64,000 bases of DNA from Spirulina sp. (GTDB taxonomy: Bacteria; Cyanobacteriota; Cyanobacteriia; Phormidesmidales; Phormidesmidaceae): contig JBIPSI010000006.1 of NCBI GenBank assembly GCA_044070495.1, positions 115,363 to 179,362 on the forward strand, in the 5' to 3' direction. Below the pieces are notes generated by a model. The model ran no database searches and had not been told where the DNA came from. It was given only the letters and a program-made list of their open reading frames with translations. Each line of letters opens with the position of its first letter. Position 1 is the first letter of the stretch. This document shows, piece by piece, positions 9,800 to 20,139 of the stretch. The position numbers were made by a program, and so were the translations under genes.

Positions 9800-12700
9800 A
9801 TGTCAGGTGCTTTTTCTGCCACCAAAATTTCGCCATCAGTTTTCCTAAGCACAGCCCTAGGACTGGCCATAGCATGGATAACCTTACCCACAAAGTCTGT
9901 ACAGGCGCAACCTATTGTCCCCACACCAAACGGAACAGGAACCGAAGTAATTCTTAATAACAATCAATGGGATATTTACGGTGGATCGCTCTCTTCGGAC
10001 CAGATCAATCTCTTCCATCAGTTTCAACAGTTCGGCCTTACGGAAGGACAAATTGCTAACTTTTTAGCTAACCCCAATCTTCGCAACATTATCTCTACAG
10101 TAGATGGCGGCAATCCCTCCCTTATCAATGGTTTGTTGCAGGTGACAGGGGGCAATCCAAACCTATTTTTGATGAACCCCTCTGGCATTATTTTTGGCCC
10201 CAATGCCCAACTGAATGTGCCCGCTAGTTTTAGCGCCATCACCGCTGACGGTATTCAGTTTGGCGACCGCTGGCTTAATGCCGTTGGCCCCAACGATTAC
10301 TCGGCCCTCACGGGCGACCCCACCGCCTTTCGCTTCAGCAGCGATTTTACCGGGGCAATTGTGAACGCCGGAAACCTGCAAGTCAACCCTGGCGCAGCTC
10401 TCGCGCTGATGGGCGGCACTGTCATCAACACCGGACAACTGACGGCCCCCCAAGGCCAAATTTTGATCACCGCTGTCCCCGGCGAAAGCCTAGTGCGACT
10501 GGCCCTCCCCGGCTACATCCTCAACCTAGAGGTGGAAGTGCCCCTCACCGAGGGCGACACGCCCCAAACCTGGCAACTGCCCATCACCGCCCTACCCACC
10601 CTGCTCACCCAAGGGCTAACCCCAGAACTGCTGGGCTTGGCGATCAATTCGGCGGGTGAGGTGCAGTTGGCCGATGGCACTCCCATCCCCAACGCGCCCG
10701 GTACGGCGATGGTTTCCGGCGGGGTGGATGTCTCTGGCAACCAGGGCGGCACGGCGGCGGTGCTTGGGGATCGCATTGGCCTGGGGGGTGCCCAAATCGA
10801 TGCCAGCGGTACCCAAGGCGACGGTGGCCAAATCCTTGTGGGCGGAGAGTTTCAGGGTAATGGCCCCCTGCCCAATGCCGAACGCACCTATGTGGATGCC
10901 AACACCACCCTCAACGCCGACGCTGGTTCCATCGGAAATGGCGGCAGAATCATCGTCTGGGCCGACGAAGCCACGGGGGTTTATGGCGATATTACGGCCC
11001 GTGGGGGACAACTCTCTGGCGATGGTGGCTTTGCTGAGGTTTCAGGTAGGGATTACTTGCAGTTTGATGGCACGGCTGATTTATCAAGTGTGAATGGTGA
11101 GATAGGAACCCTACTGCTTGATCCAACTACTATCACTATAAGCAATGCTGTCGGTACAACACCGGGAGTTCCTTCTACTTTTCCCAACATTCTTTTAAGT
11201 AATTTTTCCGGGCAAGATATCACTATTAATCAGACAGTTCTAGAAAATGCTGCATCAACTAGTCGAATAATCTTGCAAGCAGAGCAAGGAATTATAATAG
11301 GTGATCTGAATGCAGTACTTAGGAATCCCAACGATCCCAGCAGTAGTATTCCGACACTAACCTTGAGTAATGGAGCAACACTTCTAGTCGCAAATGGCCT
11401 AATTGAGATTTTAAATCAAAATGCTCGAATTCTTGTTCATAACGGTGATTTGGATATTCAATCACCAATTATTGCCAGTGGAAATATAGATATTCAATCA
11501 CCGATTATTACTAATGGAGGCGATCTAAATATCACAGCAGGAAGTATTGCCACTGGAGAGATAGTTACCAATAATCCATTTGGTGATGCTGGCGAAGTTA
11601 ATCTAACGGCTACTCAAGGAGACATAACCACTAACATTAGAGCAATAGTTAGAAATACCAATCCAACTATTGAGGGCGACGGTGGAAACATAACTCTAAT
11701 AGCACTTAACGGTGATATTACAGTCAACAATAACCTTGTCTCATTTTCGGCAAATGGAGATGGTGGAGATATATATGTTGAAGCAGGTGGAAACATCACA
11801 ATCGTTTGTGGTCAATCAGCGGATTACTGTGTTGAGAGTTTTGGAGGAGGAATCCCTAACGTGCCTCCAAGAGGAGATAGTGGAGATATACGTTTTATTA
11901 GTCGAGAAGGTTCTATCTTAATTGAAAACCCTCCTGCAGCTATTCCAGGAAATACCGCTATCAATGCAGGAAACAGCATATTTAATGCTGGATCTATTAC
12001 TGTCGAAGCTGCTGGAGATATAAGGATTGGAGGAGGGATCTTTGCTCATGATGTTCAATTGAATTCTAGCGTTCTAGGATTGACAAGTGAATTTAAAATA
12101 AATAGTGATTTGGGTTCTCAGTCTGTGCCAGGGAATGTCAATATTAGTGGCAGAGTAAATGGATCTGAGATGATAGATCAGCAGGGACGTATTACTGTTG
12201 CTAATCCAGGCTTGACCATTGATTCTGATCGAGGCACTATTAACCTTGGCGATTCAATAGGTTCAACAATTCCTATTGGAAATCTCACTATTTCTGGCCA
12301 GCAAGCGACTGTCTCAGGAAATATTCGGACAGCTAACAGTCCTATTATTTTCAATTCGCCCGTAACTTTAAGCAGTAATTCTCTCCTGACCTTCGATTCG
12401 GGAACAGCGACGATCACACTCAATGGCTTAAATGCTGGAAGCACGCCTTTAACCTTAATTGCCGATGACTTTAACTTCTCTGGAACCCTTCAGGGAAGTA
12501 GCACTCTTACCATTCAACCCTCGACGTTGAGCCGTGGAATTATCCTGGGCAGTACAGTCACATCAAATTTAAGCCCAGCCGAAATAGCCACATTGCAAGG
12601 ATTTAGCAATGTCACCATTGGTGGCGGCAGTGGCGACATTACTGTGAACGCCCCCGTCACGTTGAATACCCCAACCCAACTGATTACCACGGGCAATATC

Positions 12701-15631
12701 ACCGACACCGGGGGCATTACTAGCAATAGTGGCAACATTGCTCTCAACGGCAACACCATCAACACCAATACCATTAACACCGCCAACGGCGGCATCAACG
12801 TTACCGCTACGGGCGCAGTCATCGCCAACACCATCACCACCAACGGCGGCGGCATCGCCATCAGCGGCAACACCGTAATTGCCAACACCCTAACCACTAC
12901 AGGCGGTCTCAGCGTCAGCACAGATGGCGACATTGCCGTTACCAACGCCACCGCAACGGGCGGCGGGGTAGACCTCCGTGGCCGTAGCGGCAGCATCCAA
13001 GCCAATACCCTCTCGGCTACTGGGGGATCTGTCGTTGTTAATGGGGCGGGTAGTATCACCACCACCACTGCCAGCGCCATCGGTGGCAACGTCGCCCTTA
13101 CCAGCAGCACAGGCACCGTCCAAGCTAATGACCTCTCGGCCACCGGGGGCGGCATTGATGTCACAGCTCCAGGGGGCATCGTTGTACCCAACGCCACCGC
13201 CGATGGCATTGTCGCCCTTCGCAGCGGGGGTGGCACCGTTCAAACCAGCAACGTTGTCACCAACGGCGGCGCAGTTACCCTCAGTGCCCAAACCAACCTA
13301 GGCGTGGATAACGTCACCACCAACGGCGGCAGTATCAACCTCAGAAGCACTACCGACACCATCACCGTCAACAACATCTATTCTGCCTCCGGTACCGCCG
13401 CTGGAGGAGCCATCACCATCACCAACCCCAACACCATCAACGCCTCTGCCATCAATGCCTCTGGGGCTACCACTGGGGGTGCTATCACCCTCCGTGGCGG
13501 AAGCACCCCCACCGAAAGCACCCCCACCGGAACCGTCACGACCGGAAACCTCACCAGCACAGGCACCGCCAGCGGCGGCAACATCACTGCCCTTGCCCGC
13601 GACACCATCACCACTGGCGCAATCGATACCTCCGGGGCCACCGCTAGCGGCAACATCACCCTAAGCGGCGGCAACACGGCCACCGGAACTGTCACGACCG
13701 GGAATCTCACCAGCACAGGCACCACCAGCGGTGGCGACATCACCGTCCTCGCCCGCGACACCATCACCACTGGCGAAATCAATACTAGCGCCACCGTCGG
13801 CAATGGCGGCAACGTCCTCCTCGACCCCCTGGGGGATGTGCAAGTCACCTTTATTAATGCCCAAGGCGGCACCAATGGCGCAGGTGGTAACGTCGAGATT
13901 AGATCCATCGACCGCTTCTTCCGGGCCACCGGAGCCTTCCCCGACCGAAACGGCATTTTAGCCAGCATCTCTGCCGCAGGCGGTGGCGGCGAAGGCACCA
14001 TTACCATCACCCACAATGGCGGTGCAGCCAATGTATTAGTGCCCTTTATTATCTCCACCGCATCCGATAACGGCACCGTTGGCGCACTCACCACTGGGGC
14101 TAATAATATTATTTTCCCCGGCTCATTTCTGGGTCCCTACACCCAGGGCAACATTGATATTATTACTAGTCCCCAAGCCACCCAATTGGCTGATGCTAGC
14201 TTGCCCGATACCCGCCCTGAAGAAATTCAACCCGCAGAAACCGATAATCAACCCTTTTGGTTGGATGAGTATTTTACTCGCCGCACAGAAGACTACCTAG
14301 GCATTAATGGCGAAACTAGGGTGAAAAGCCTGGAGGAAATTCAGGGTGACTTACGCAGAGTAGAAGAGTCCACAAATATTCGGCCTGCACTGATCTATGT
14401 TCTCTTTGAGCCAAGGGAATCTCTGATTACTATCCCTGAGACTGGCCTTTTTAATCCCGATAAACTAATCAACCGAGGAGCACTATCTCGTTTTGAGCCT
14501 CTGCCAAGTGATAGATTACAGATGATTCTGGTTACGGCCTATGGAGAACCTATTCTTTATCGTCCACCAGAAAATACTGATGAGATAGACGCTAACGACA
14601 TAACCAGAGAAAACGCTCCCAGAGAAGTCTTTGATTTTGAAAGTGCGGTACTAGAAGATCTAAGAAATTACGAAGAAAGGCGCGTTACAGATGAGTCTCT
14701 CTACTTACATCATGCTCAGGTACTATACCAGTGGTTAGTCGCTCCTTTAGAGCAAGACTTAGAAAGTCAGGGAATTCAGAATCTTGTGTTTATTATGGAT
14801 GATGGACTCCGCACAACCCCTCTAGCCGTTCTTTCTGCTATGCACAATGGTCGTCAGTTCATTATTGAGAACTACAGTGTTGGATTAATGCCAAGCTTTA
14901 GCCTAACAAGTTCTCGCCACATCAATCTGCGGAGTTCAAGAATTCTGGCTATGGGAATGAGTGACTTTAGTCAATATGAGGAATTAGATAATTTAGAAGC
15001 TGTTGATGAGGAAGTTAGACTAATTAATCAATCTCTATGGGGAGGATCTGACTCTAATATTGATCGTTTTTTGGGTAGCAACTTTACACCAGAAAATCTG
15101 ATCTTACAACGAAGAGATCAGTCTTCTAATATTGTACATCTAGCTACCCATGCCAAAGTGGAAATAGGAGCACCTGAAAATTCATTTCTTGTTTTCTATG
15201 ATGGAAAACTTTTCTTCGACCAACTTGACAGACTCAGGTTAGACAGCCCACCAATAGAATTGCTTGTTCTTAGCGCGTGTCAAGCGGCACTAAGTCCAGA
15301 TGATGAAAGCGCTGAACTTGGATTTGCAGGTTTATCGGTACAAGCAGGAGTTAATACGGTTTTGGCCAGCTTTTGGGAAGTACCTGACTTCCCAACGCTA
15401 GGGCTAATGACGGAATTCTATAATCAGTTACAAACTTCTCCTATTAGATCTGAAGCACTGAGGCAAGCTCAGTTAGCAATGATAAATCGGGAGGTCTTTT
15501 TCCAGAATGATCGCCTGTTTTGGTCATCTAACTCTGAAGCTATTCCTGCACTGAGAGGAGTAACAGATACATTATGGCTGTCTCATCCTGGTTACTGGTC
15601 AAGCTTTACAATGATTGGCAACCCATGGTAA
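9800..15631 (+). CDS. filamentous-haemagglutinin-type TpsA passenger with C-terminal CHAT (caspase-like) domain
   Basis: AQPI signal end, NLFHQFQQF and NPSGIIFGPNA TPS motifs, Gly/Thr/Asn beta-helix repeats; CHAT IVHLATHA, VLSACQ, LASFW, HPGYWSSFTMIGNPW. ATG start at 9800 assumed (frame open from 9788). Confidence 0.9.
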   Translation: MSGAFSATKISPSVFLSTALGLAIAWITLPTKSVQAQPIVPTPNGTGTEVILNNNQWDIYGGSLSSDQINLFHQFQQFGLTEGQIANFLANPNLRNIISTVDGGNPSLINGLLQVTGGNPNLFLMNPSGIIFGPNAQLNVPASFSAITADGIQFGDRWLNAVGPNDYSALTGDPTAFRFSSDFTGAIVNAGNLQVNPGAALALMGGTVINTGQLTAPQGQILITAVPGESLVRLALPGYILNLEVEVPLTEGDTPQTWQLPITALPTLLTQGLTPELLGLAINSAGEVQLADGTPIPNAPGTAMVSGGVDVSGNQGGTAAVLGDRIGLGGAQIDASGTQGDGGQILVGGEFQGNGPLPNAERTYVDANTTLNADAGSIGNGGRIIVWADEATGVYGDITARGGQLSGDGGFAEVSGRDYLQFDGTADLSSVNGEIGTLLLDPTTITISNAVGTTPGVPSTFPNILLSNFSGQDITINQTVLENAASTSRIILQAEQGIIIGDLNAVLRNPNDPSSSIPTLTLSNGATLLVANGLIEILNQNARILVHNGDLDIQSPIIASGNIDIQSPIITNGGDLNITAGSIATGEIVTNNPFGDAGEVNLTATQGDITTNIRAIVRNTNPTIEGDGGNITLIALNGDITVNNNLVSFSANGDGGDIYVEAGGNITIVCGQSADYCVESFGGGIPNVPPRGDSGDIRFISREGSILIENPPAAIPGNTAINAGNSIFNAGSITVEAAGDIRIGGGIFAHDVQLNSSVLGLTSEFKINSDLGSQSVPGNVNISGRVNGSEMIDQQGRITVANPGLTIDSDRGTINLGDSIGSTIPIGNLTISGQQATVSGNIRTANSPIIFNSPVTLSSNSLLTFDSGTATITLNGLNAGSTPLTLIADDFNFSGTLQGSSTLTIQPSTLSRGIILGSTVTSNLSPAEIATLQGFSNVTIGGGSGDITVNAPVTLNTPTQLITTGNITDTGGITSNSGNIALNGNTINTNTINTANGGINVTATGAVIANTITTNGGGIAISGNTVIANTLTTTGGLSVSTDGDIAVTNATATGGGVDLRGRSGSIQANTLSATGGSVVVNGAGSITTTTASAIGGNVALTSSTGTVQANDLSATGGGIDVTAPGGIVVPNATADGIVALRSGGGTVQTSNVVTNGGAVTLSAQTNLGVDNVTTNGGSINLRSTTDTITVNNIYSASGTAAGGAITITNPNTINASAINASGATTGGAITLRGGSTPTESTPTGTVTTGNLTSTGTASGGNITALARDTITTGAIDTSGATASGNITLSGGNTATGTVTTGNLTSTGTTSGGDITVLARDTITTGEINTSATVGNGGNVLLDPLGDVQVTFINAQGGTNGAGGNVEIRSIDRFFRATGAFPDRNGILASISAAGGGGEGTITITHNGGAANVLVPFIISTASDNGTVGALTTGANNIIFPGSFLGPYTQGNIDIITSPQATQLADASLPDTRPEEIQPAETDNQPFWLDEYFTRRTEDYLGINGETRVKSLEEIQGDLRRVEESTNIRPALIYVLFEPRESLITIPETGLFNPDKLINRGALSRFEPLPSDRLQMILVTAYGEPILYRPPENTDEIDANDITRENAPREVFDFESAVLEDLRNYEERRVTDESLYLHHAQVLYQWLVAPLEQDLESQGIQNLVFIMDDGLRTTPLAVLSAMHNGRQFIIENYSVGLMPSFSLTSSRHINLRSSRILAMGMSDFSQYEELDNLEAVDEEVRLINQSLWGGSDSNIDRFLGSNFTPENLILQRRDQSSNIVHLATHAKVEIGAPENSFLVFYDGKLFFDQLDRLRLDSPPIELLVLSACQAALSPDDESAELGFAGLSVQAGVNTVLASFWEVPDFPTLGLMTEFYNQLQTSPIRSEALRQAQLAMINREVFFQNDRLFWSSNSEAIPALRGVTDTLWLSHPGYWSSFTMIGNPW

Positions 15632-15647
15632 ATAAATCACGAATTTT

Positions 15648-16364
15648 TTAATCAGAATTATTGGAAAGTGTTTCTGGAATTGCTCCAAGACCTTCTTCTC
15701 TAAGTAGGTTAACCCACATATCAAAATCATTGTTAGAGGCATAGACTAGCGCGTCATACCACGCTCTTTGCTCATTCATTGGCACAGTTCTAGTTACTGT
15801 AGATCTGGCAACAATAGTATTTGTAGAAGGTCTTTCAGTTGAACCACCGCAATATATTCTGAAGATGACGTTATGTTTTTGTCCAGGGCTTAATGAACGA
15901 GCTGTTTGTTCTGTCAAGGTAACAGAAATGACTGAGTTTCCTGGAACGTTGTCGAATTTCTGGGTAAAAATCTCTTCACGTCTTTCTGTCAGATCTCTAG
16001 GAACTGTTTCCAGGGTAAAGACGGCCTGAGATTGCGGTGTAATATCTACAGGCGTGTAAATCAAAAAAGTTGGGAAGGCTTCGTGAGTGATGGCTCTGGA
16101 GTCATCGCTAGGTCTAAGAATCATTAGCGCTGGCAAGTTTGCGTATGTGTCCTGCCGATCACACTGCCCTCCTCTTCGACCTAATGGTATGAGCGTTGGT
16201 CGTCCTGAGGAAGTGGCACTGGATGACGAGCTATTTCCTCCACCTCCATTTTTCAAGCTAAATTCTACGGTACTAGCAGCGTAACTGCGTAAAACTGGAA
16301 CAATTAAAAAGGCTGATATCATAGATGTCAGCATCATAGTACTCAAAGTCATTTTCCTAAACAT
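15648..16364 (-). CDS. DUF928-like secreted protein
   Basis: Signal peptide, GRRGGQC, T.EA.PTF.IY.P, WYDAL...W..LL...GL; ATG overlaps the kinase stop. Confidence 0.7.
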   Translation of the reverse strand: MFRKMTLSTMMLTSMISAFLIVPVLRSYAASTVEFSLKNGGGGNSSSSSATSSGRPTLIPLGRRGGQCDRQDTYANLPALMILRPSDDSRAITHEAFPTFLIYTPVDITPQSQAVFTLETVPRDLTERREEIFTQKFDNVPGNSVISVTLTEQTARSLSPGQKHNVIFRIYCGGSTERPSTNTIVARSTVTRTVPMNEQRAWYDALVYASNNDFDMWVNLLREEGLGAIPETLSNNSD

Positions 16365-18489
16365 GAGTAAGTCTCCATCTTGACAAAACTTTTTTTGACC
16401 AAAGCATTGAAAAGCTCGAAATTCCAAGACTGATAATTACAAGAGGTAGAAAAGTAAAACACCAATCTAAGATTACAGCAGCTAAAACAATAATATAAAG
16501 TGCTATCAATCCTGAACAAGAAATGATAAAACCGTTTTTTGGGGTTGACCTTATACATAACAATAAGCCATATATGACTCCCCAGCTACTTACTAACGCC
16601 ATATCTTGTTTAGGTTCTAAATATCTAATAGTTCTGTTTTTGCCTAGAGTCAAATCCAGCAGTTGACTGATCTTGTGGGCATGGATAATAACTCCTGACT
16701 TGGTTCCATAGGGTGTTCTAGCAATATCATCATTTCTTGCCTTGCTGCCAATCAAGACTATTTTATTGCTGAAAATCTCCATTAGTTGAGCAGGGTCTTC
16801 TTCTAATATAGACTGAAGTGAATAAACCGTAGCTGCATCTTCATAAGGTCTATAGTTGATCATAACTTGAACAGTTTCATTTGTGAAATCTGCTTGCAAT
16901 TGCTCTTGTCTAAAATTTTGATATAGAAAATGATGCGGCTTTAACTTGAAACTCTGAATTGAACCTGCAACAAGCTCTTCATGATTATCTTGAAGTCGAG
17001 GCTCATGAAAATGAATGTATTTGCTTAAAACTTTGTAGGCAAATGACCATTGAGTAAGGCACTCATCATTTCTCTCAGGCCAGAAAACTAGATGGCGACG
17101 TATAGATCTATTCTCATTGTCAGCTATAGCCTCCGCAAAGCCCAAGTTATCTGTATATATACCACTGCTAGAGTATCCTTGATAACCATCATTCTGAGAG
17201 TTGTCTTTATAGCAAATGCCAATTATGTTATTTTTATCGCGAATATCAAGAATATTTCTATGGGTAATATCAATGCCAATAACAGCAGGATTGGCTTTAA
17301 GAATTAGATCTAGCAGATCTCTTAAGGACTCGTCTGATAAGCTGTCTCCCTCCTTTAAGTCTTCATATCTTTTGCTTAAAAAAATAACATCATCATTGTT
17401 GATCTCAATAATTGAAATCCTGGAATCTGGACTATACCAATTTATACGAGATCTTATTGATCCATGTTGAGAAGTTATCCTCGCTAAGTTGCTACGCATC
17501 CATAGCGTATGATCGAAAAACTGTAGTTCTAACGGCTGTAAAACACCCAGAAAACGTAGGCCAATAACAACCGACGTTACGCCTACGCTGATAGGAAGGC
17601 TTCTCTTGACATACTCACCCCAGCCATAAAGCCGTGGTTTTCGGTAATACTGGTTAGCAATATCATCTAAGGCTTGCTGGATTACCTCTGCACTGGCTGG
17701 TCGGCCTTCGGCCTTCTCACTCTGCATTTTATCCAAAAGATCTCTCAATCTAGGATTTAATCGAATTGTTTTAGTTGAAGGCTTATCCAAAAAACTCTTG
17801 AGAGTTTTGCCGAGCATACAGAAATCGGAATGTGGGAGCAGTTTACCATCAAATTGCTCGGCAGAACTGTACTCAGGCGTGATGGATATGTCATCAACAC
17901 CATCATCATCGAAGATATCTGAAGTGCTAATTTTTAATAGATAAGCAGGATCAATTCTCTGGGCGCTACCAAAATCGATAAGCTTCAGCTCTCCTTTTTG
18001 GTTGATCATGATATTTTTAGGTTTGATATCTCCATGCAAAATACTTCTGCTGTGGATATGACCTAAAATATCAGCAAGTTGAGTTAGCCAGTCTAAAATT
18101 CGGGCTTCAGAGTCAATACCATTCTCGTCTACCCATTGATCTAGGGTTTTCCCAGGAATTTTTTCTACCACTAGATGGGGAATATCAGACAGGGTAAAGT
18201 CATCCAAGTAGCGAACAATGCCGGGATGATTAAGTTCTTTCAGGCATTGAATCTCGATTTCTAGAGATTTTTTTAGCAGATCGCGATTTGGGCTATCTGG
18301 ATTGATGGTCTTTAGGATTCGCTTTGGCCCTAGGGTTGGCCAGCGTCGCAGCCATCGTGAGATCCTTGTGTCTTCTACAAAATATAGGCGGCTATCCGGC
18401 TGTCCTTGCAGCACCTGACTAGGATCGTCTGATGCCACACCAATCAAGCGATAGCCATTAATGATTGATGCTTGCTTCGTATTTTTCAT
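16357..18489 (-). CDS. Hanks-type Ser/Thr kinase fused to TM-CHASE2-3TM sensor
   Basis: LNHPGIVRY, HGDIKPKN, LIDFG; then LRFLGVLQPLEL.FFD, PDSRISII, VIGIDI, KIVLIG, GVIIHAH..SQLL and C-terminal TM helices. Confidence 0.88.
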   Translation of the reverse strand: MKNTKQASIINGYRLIGVASDDPSQVLQGQPDSRLYFVEDTRISRWLRRWPTLGPKRILKTINPDSPNRDLLKKSLEIEIQCLKELNHPGIVRYLDDFTLSDIPHLVVEKIPGKTLDQWVDENGIDSEARILDWLTQLADILGHIHSRSILHGDIKPKNIMINQKGELKLIDFGSAQRIDPAYLLKISTSDIFDDDGVDDISITPEYSSAEQFDGKLLPHSDFCMLGKTLKSFLDKPSTKTIRLNPRLRDLLDKMQSEKAEGRPASAEVIQQALDDIANQYYRKPRLYGWGEYVKRSLPISVGVTSVVIGLRFLGVLQPLELQFFDHTLWMRSNLARITSQHGSIRSRINWYSPDSRISIIEINNDDVIFLSKRYEDLKEGDSLSDESLRDLLDLILKANPAVIGIDITHRNILDIRDKNNIIGICYKDNSQNDGYQGYSSSGIYTDNLGFAEAIADNENRSIRRHLVFWPERNDECLTQWSFAYKVLSKYIHFHEPRLQDNHEELVAGSIQSFKLKPHHFLYQNFRQEQLQADFTNETVQVMINYRPYEDAATVYSLQSILEEDPAQLMEIFSNKIVLIGSKARNDDIARTPYGTKSGVIIHAHKISQLLDLTLGKNRTIRYLEPKQDMALVSSWGVIYGLLLCIRSTPKNGFIISCSGLIALYIIVLAAVILDWCFTFLPLVIISLGISSFSMLWSKKVLSRWRLTHV

Positions 18490-18525
18490 GTTAGAACTTT
18501 GGCTAGGTAGGCTATTGAACTAAAG

Positions 18526-19956
18526 TTAGTTGTCTAAATATCTGGTAATAAATCTTTGAATTAGAGGGGTTAACTCATATTGAATTGATTTGCCATCATT
18601 GCGATGAATGACTTTTATGAATTTGGCTTCCTCTAGATCGGGAAGAATTCCCATGAGTTCTCCGCGAGAGACAACGGCTTGCATCAATCGCTCTAGATCG
18701 TCTAAGGGTAAGGGCTTGGCTCTCTCTGCCATTTGGAGGCAAATCTGTTGTTCAGAATTGTCTAGCCCCTGCCACTGTTCTCTTACCAAGTCCATCATTT
18801 CTGACGTGCGGAAAATAGTATGGCCACGCTCTTGATTAAATATTGCTAGATCACCCTTATAGTTTTTCTGAATAGCACCGATTGCAAACTGAATGAAGCT
18901 GGGATTGCCAAAGTAGGCTTCATGAATATATTTGTAATCTAATGGGTTAGAAGAGACAATATTTTGACTGTTAAGTAATTCTTGAACGGCCTCTAGGGCA
19001 AGCCCTTTAAGAGACAGTCCAGCAATGCCATAGGAACGGTGAACTCCGTTTCTCATGAAGCGAAGATTCTCTATCTGTTTACTGCCTACCATTAATAGAC
19101 AGCCTTGATGTATCTCCGTTTGCATAGGATCAAACAGTTGTGAGTATTCATCGTAGATAGCCCATGATGTTTCTGGATTACGCTGGGGTGAAACGCCATC
19201 GAGCACCATTAGCCACGGCGATTGCCCTAGATGCTGAAGCAGTTGTCTAAAGGCTGCTGGGGGAGTGAGGTTAGACTGATCTATATGGGGTGCCCAGCGC
19301 TGAACGATTTGGTTCAGGAAGGATTCTAGGGTAGGGGCATTCTCCATCTGAAACCAAAAGATTCGATATCCTGCTTCTGCTTCTAGGGTTTGGGCTAGCT
19401 GGCAGGCTAGGGTGGTGGTACCCACCGAGGGTTGAAGCCCCCGAATCACAAGAATTTGCCGTTGTTCCTCGATAATCCGGTGCTTGAGTTTGGCGATTTC
19501 TTCGTGGCGGCCAAAGCAAGGGGCATCCTTCTCAACATATCCCCAGTAGGACAGTGGCACTGATGCTAGCTTGCTAGATCCTCCTACATCCTCTGGGCGA
19601 TAGCCCATCTCTTTAATGAGGTTACGAACACAGCGATCACGAAAACGGGGAGCATTCTCAGCCAAGCTCCACGTAGGATCTTGGCTGTAACGCTGATAGA
19701 TCCACTCTATATAGAGATAGACATACTCATTCAGGCAGCCCGTCACGGCCTTTGACGTTACATCAGAGGCCTCCGCGATTTCCTGCAAGGTGCAACCGAC
19801 GAGCACACCTCTCAAATACCGCCATTCCTTGGTGGCTAGGACACATGGCTTACCGTTGATCTCAGACTTAGCGTCTGTCAGATCCTTGTAAAGGCAACTG
19901 TCCTCGCCCCAAGCCGCAATCTTTCTGTCAAACTCGGTGTCTCCTAATTCGACCAT
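18526..19956 (-). CDS. HTH + NB-ARC/NACHT-like STAND ATPase + winged helix; P-loop degenerate
   Basis: N-terminal LRGVLVG.TLQEIA HTH, CFGRHEEI, GLQPSVGTTTLA (Walker A lacks Lys), LMVLDG, LKGL, GNP. Confidence 0.7.
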   Translation of the reverse strand: MVELGDTEFDRKIAAWGEDSCLYKDLTDAKSEINGKPCVLATKEWRYLRGVLVGCTLQEIAEASDVTSKAVTGCLNEYVYLYIEWIYQRYSQDPTWSLAENAPRFRDRCVRNLIKEMGYRPEDVGGSSKLASVPLSYWGYVEKDAPCFGRHEEIAKLKHRIIEEQRQILVIRGLQPSVGTTTLACQLAQTLEAEAGYRIFWFQMENAPTLESFLNQIVQRWAPHIDQSNLTPPAAFRQLLQHLGQSPWLMVLDGVSPQRNPETSWAIYDEYSQLFDPMQTEIHQGCLLMVGSKQIENLRFMRNGVHRSYGIAGLSLKGLALEAVQELLNSQNIVSSNPLDYKYIHEAYFGNPSFIQFAIGAIQKNYKGDLAIFNQERGHTIFRTSEMMDLVREQWQGLDNSEQQICLQMAERAKPLPLDDLERLMQAVVSRGELMGILPDLEEAKFIKVIHRNDGKSIQYELTPLIQRFITRYLDN

Positions 19957-20059
19957 CTCGCCCTGATTGTAAGCTTTATTACGCTTGGCTTAAGAGTATA
20001 CACTGACTCTCTATCTAGCGCTACCCCGAATCGTCCTGTTTTGACATCAACCTAGCCTG

Positions 20060-20099
20060 CAGGATGGAAAAGGATGGAAAGTGTTGAAAAATCATCCTG
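20060..20099. promoter_or_regulatory. candidate operator in divergent promoter
   Basis: AGGATGGAAA x2 (20061-20080) and CAGGATG...CATCCTG inverted pair; TTGACA at 20041. Confidence 0.35.
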
Positions 20100-20139
20100 T
20101 CCTGTAGGCATTAACGTCTGATAAGCCATCTCTTGCAGA

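Noticed and set aside
12178..14300. Long antisense and alternate-frame ORFs over tpsA (likewise 22639-23451, 38818-39861, 52871-53512)
   Set aside because: Shadows of GC-rich or repetitive coding sequence.
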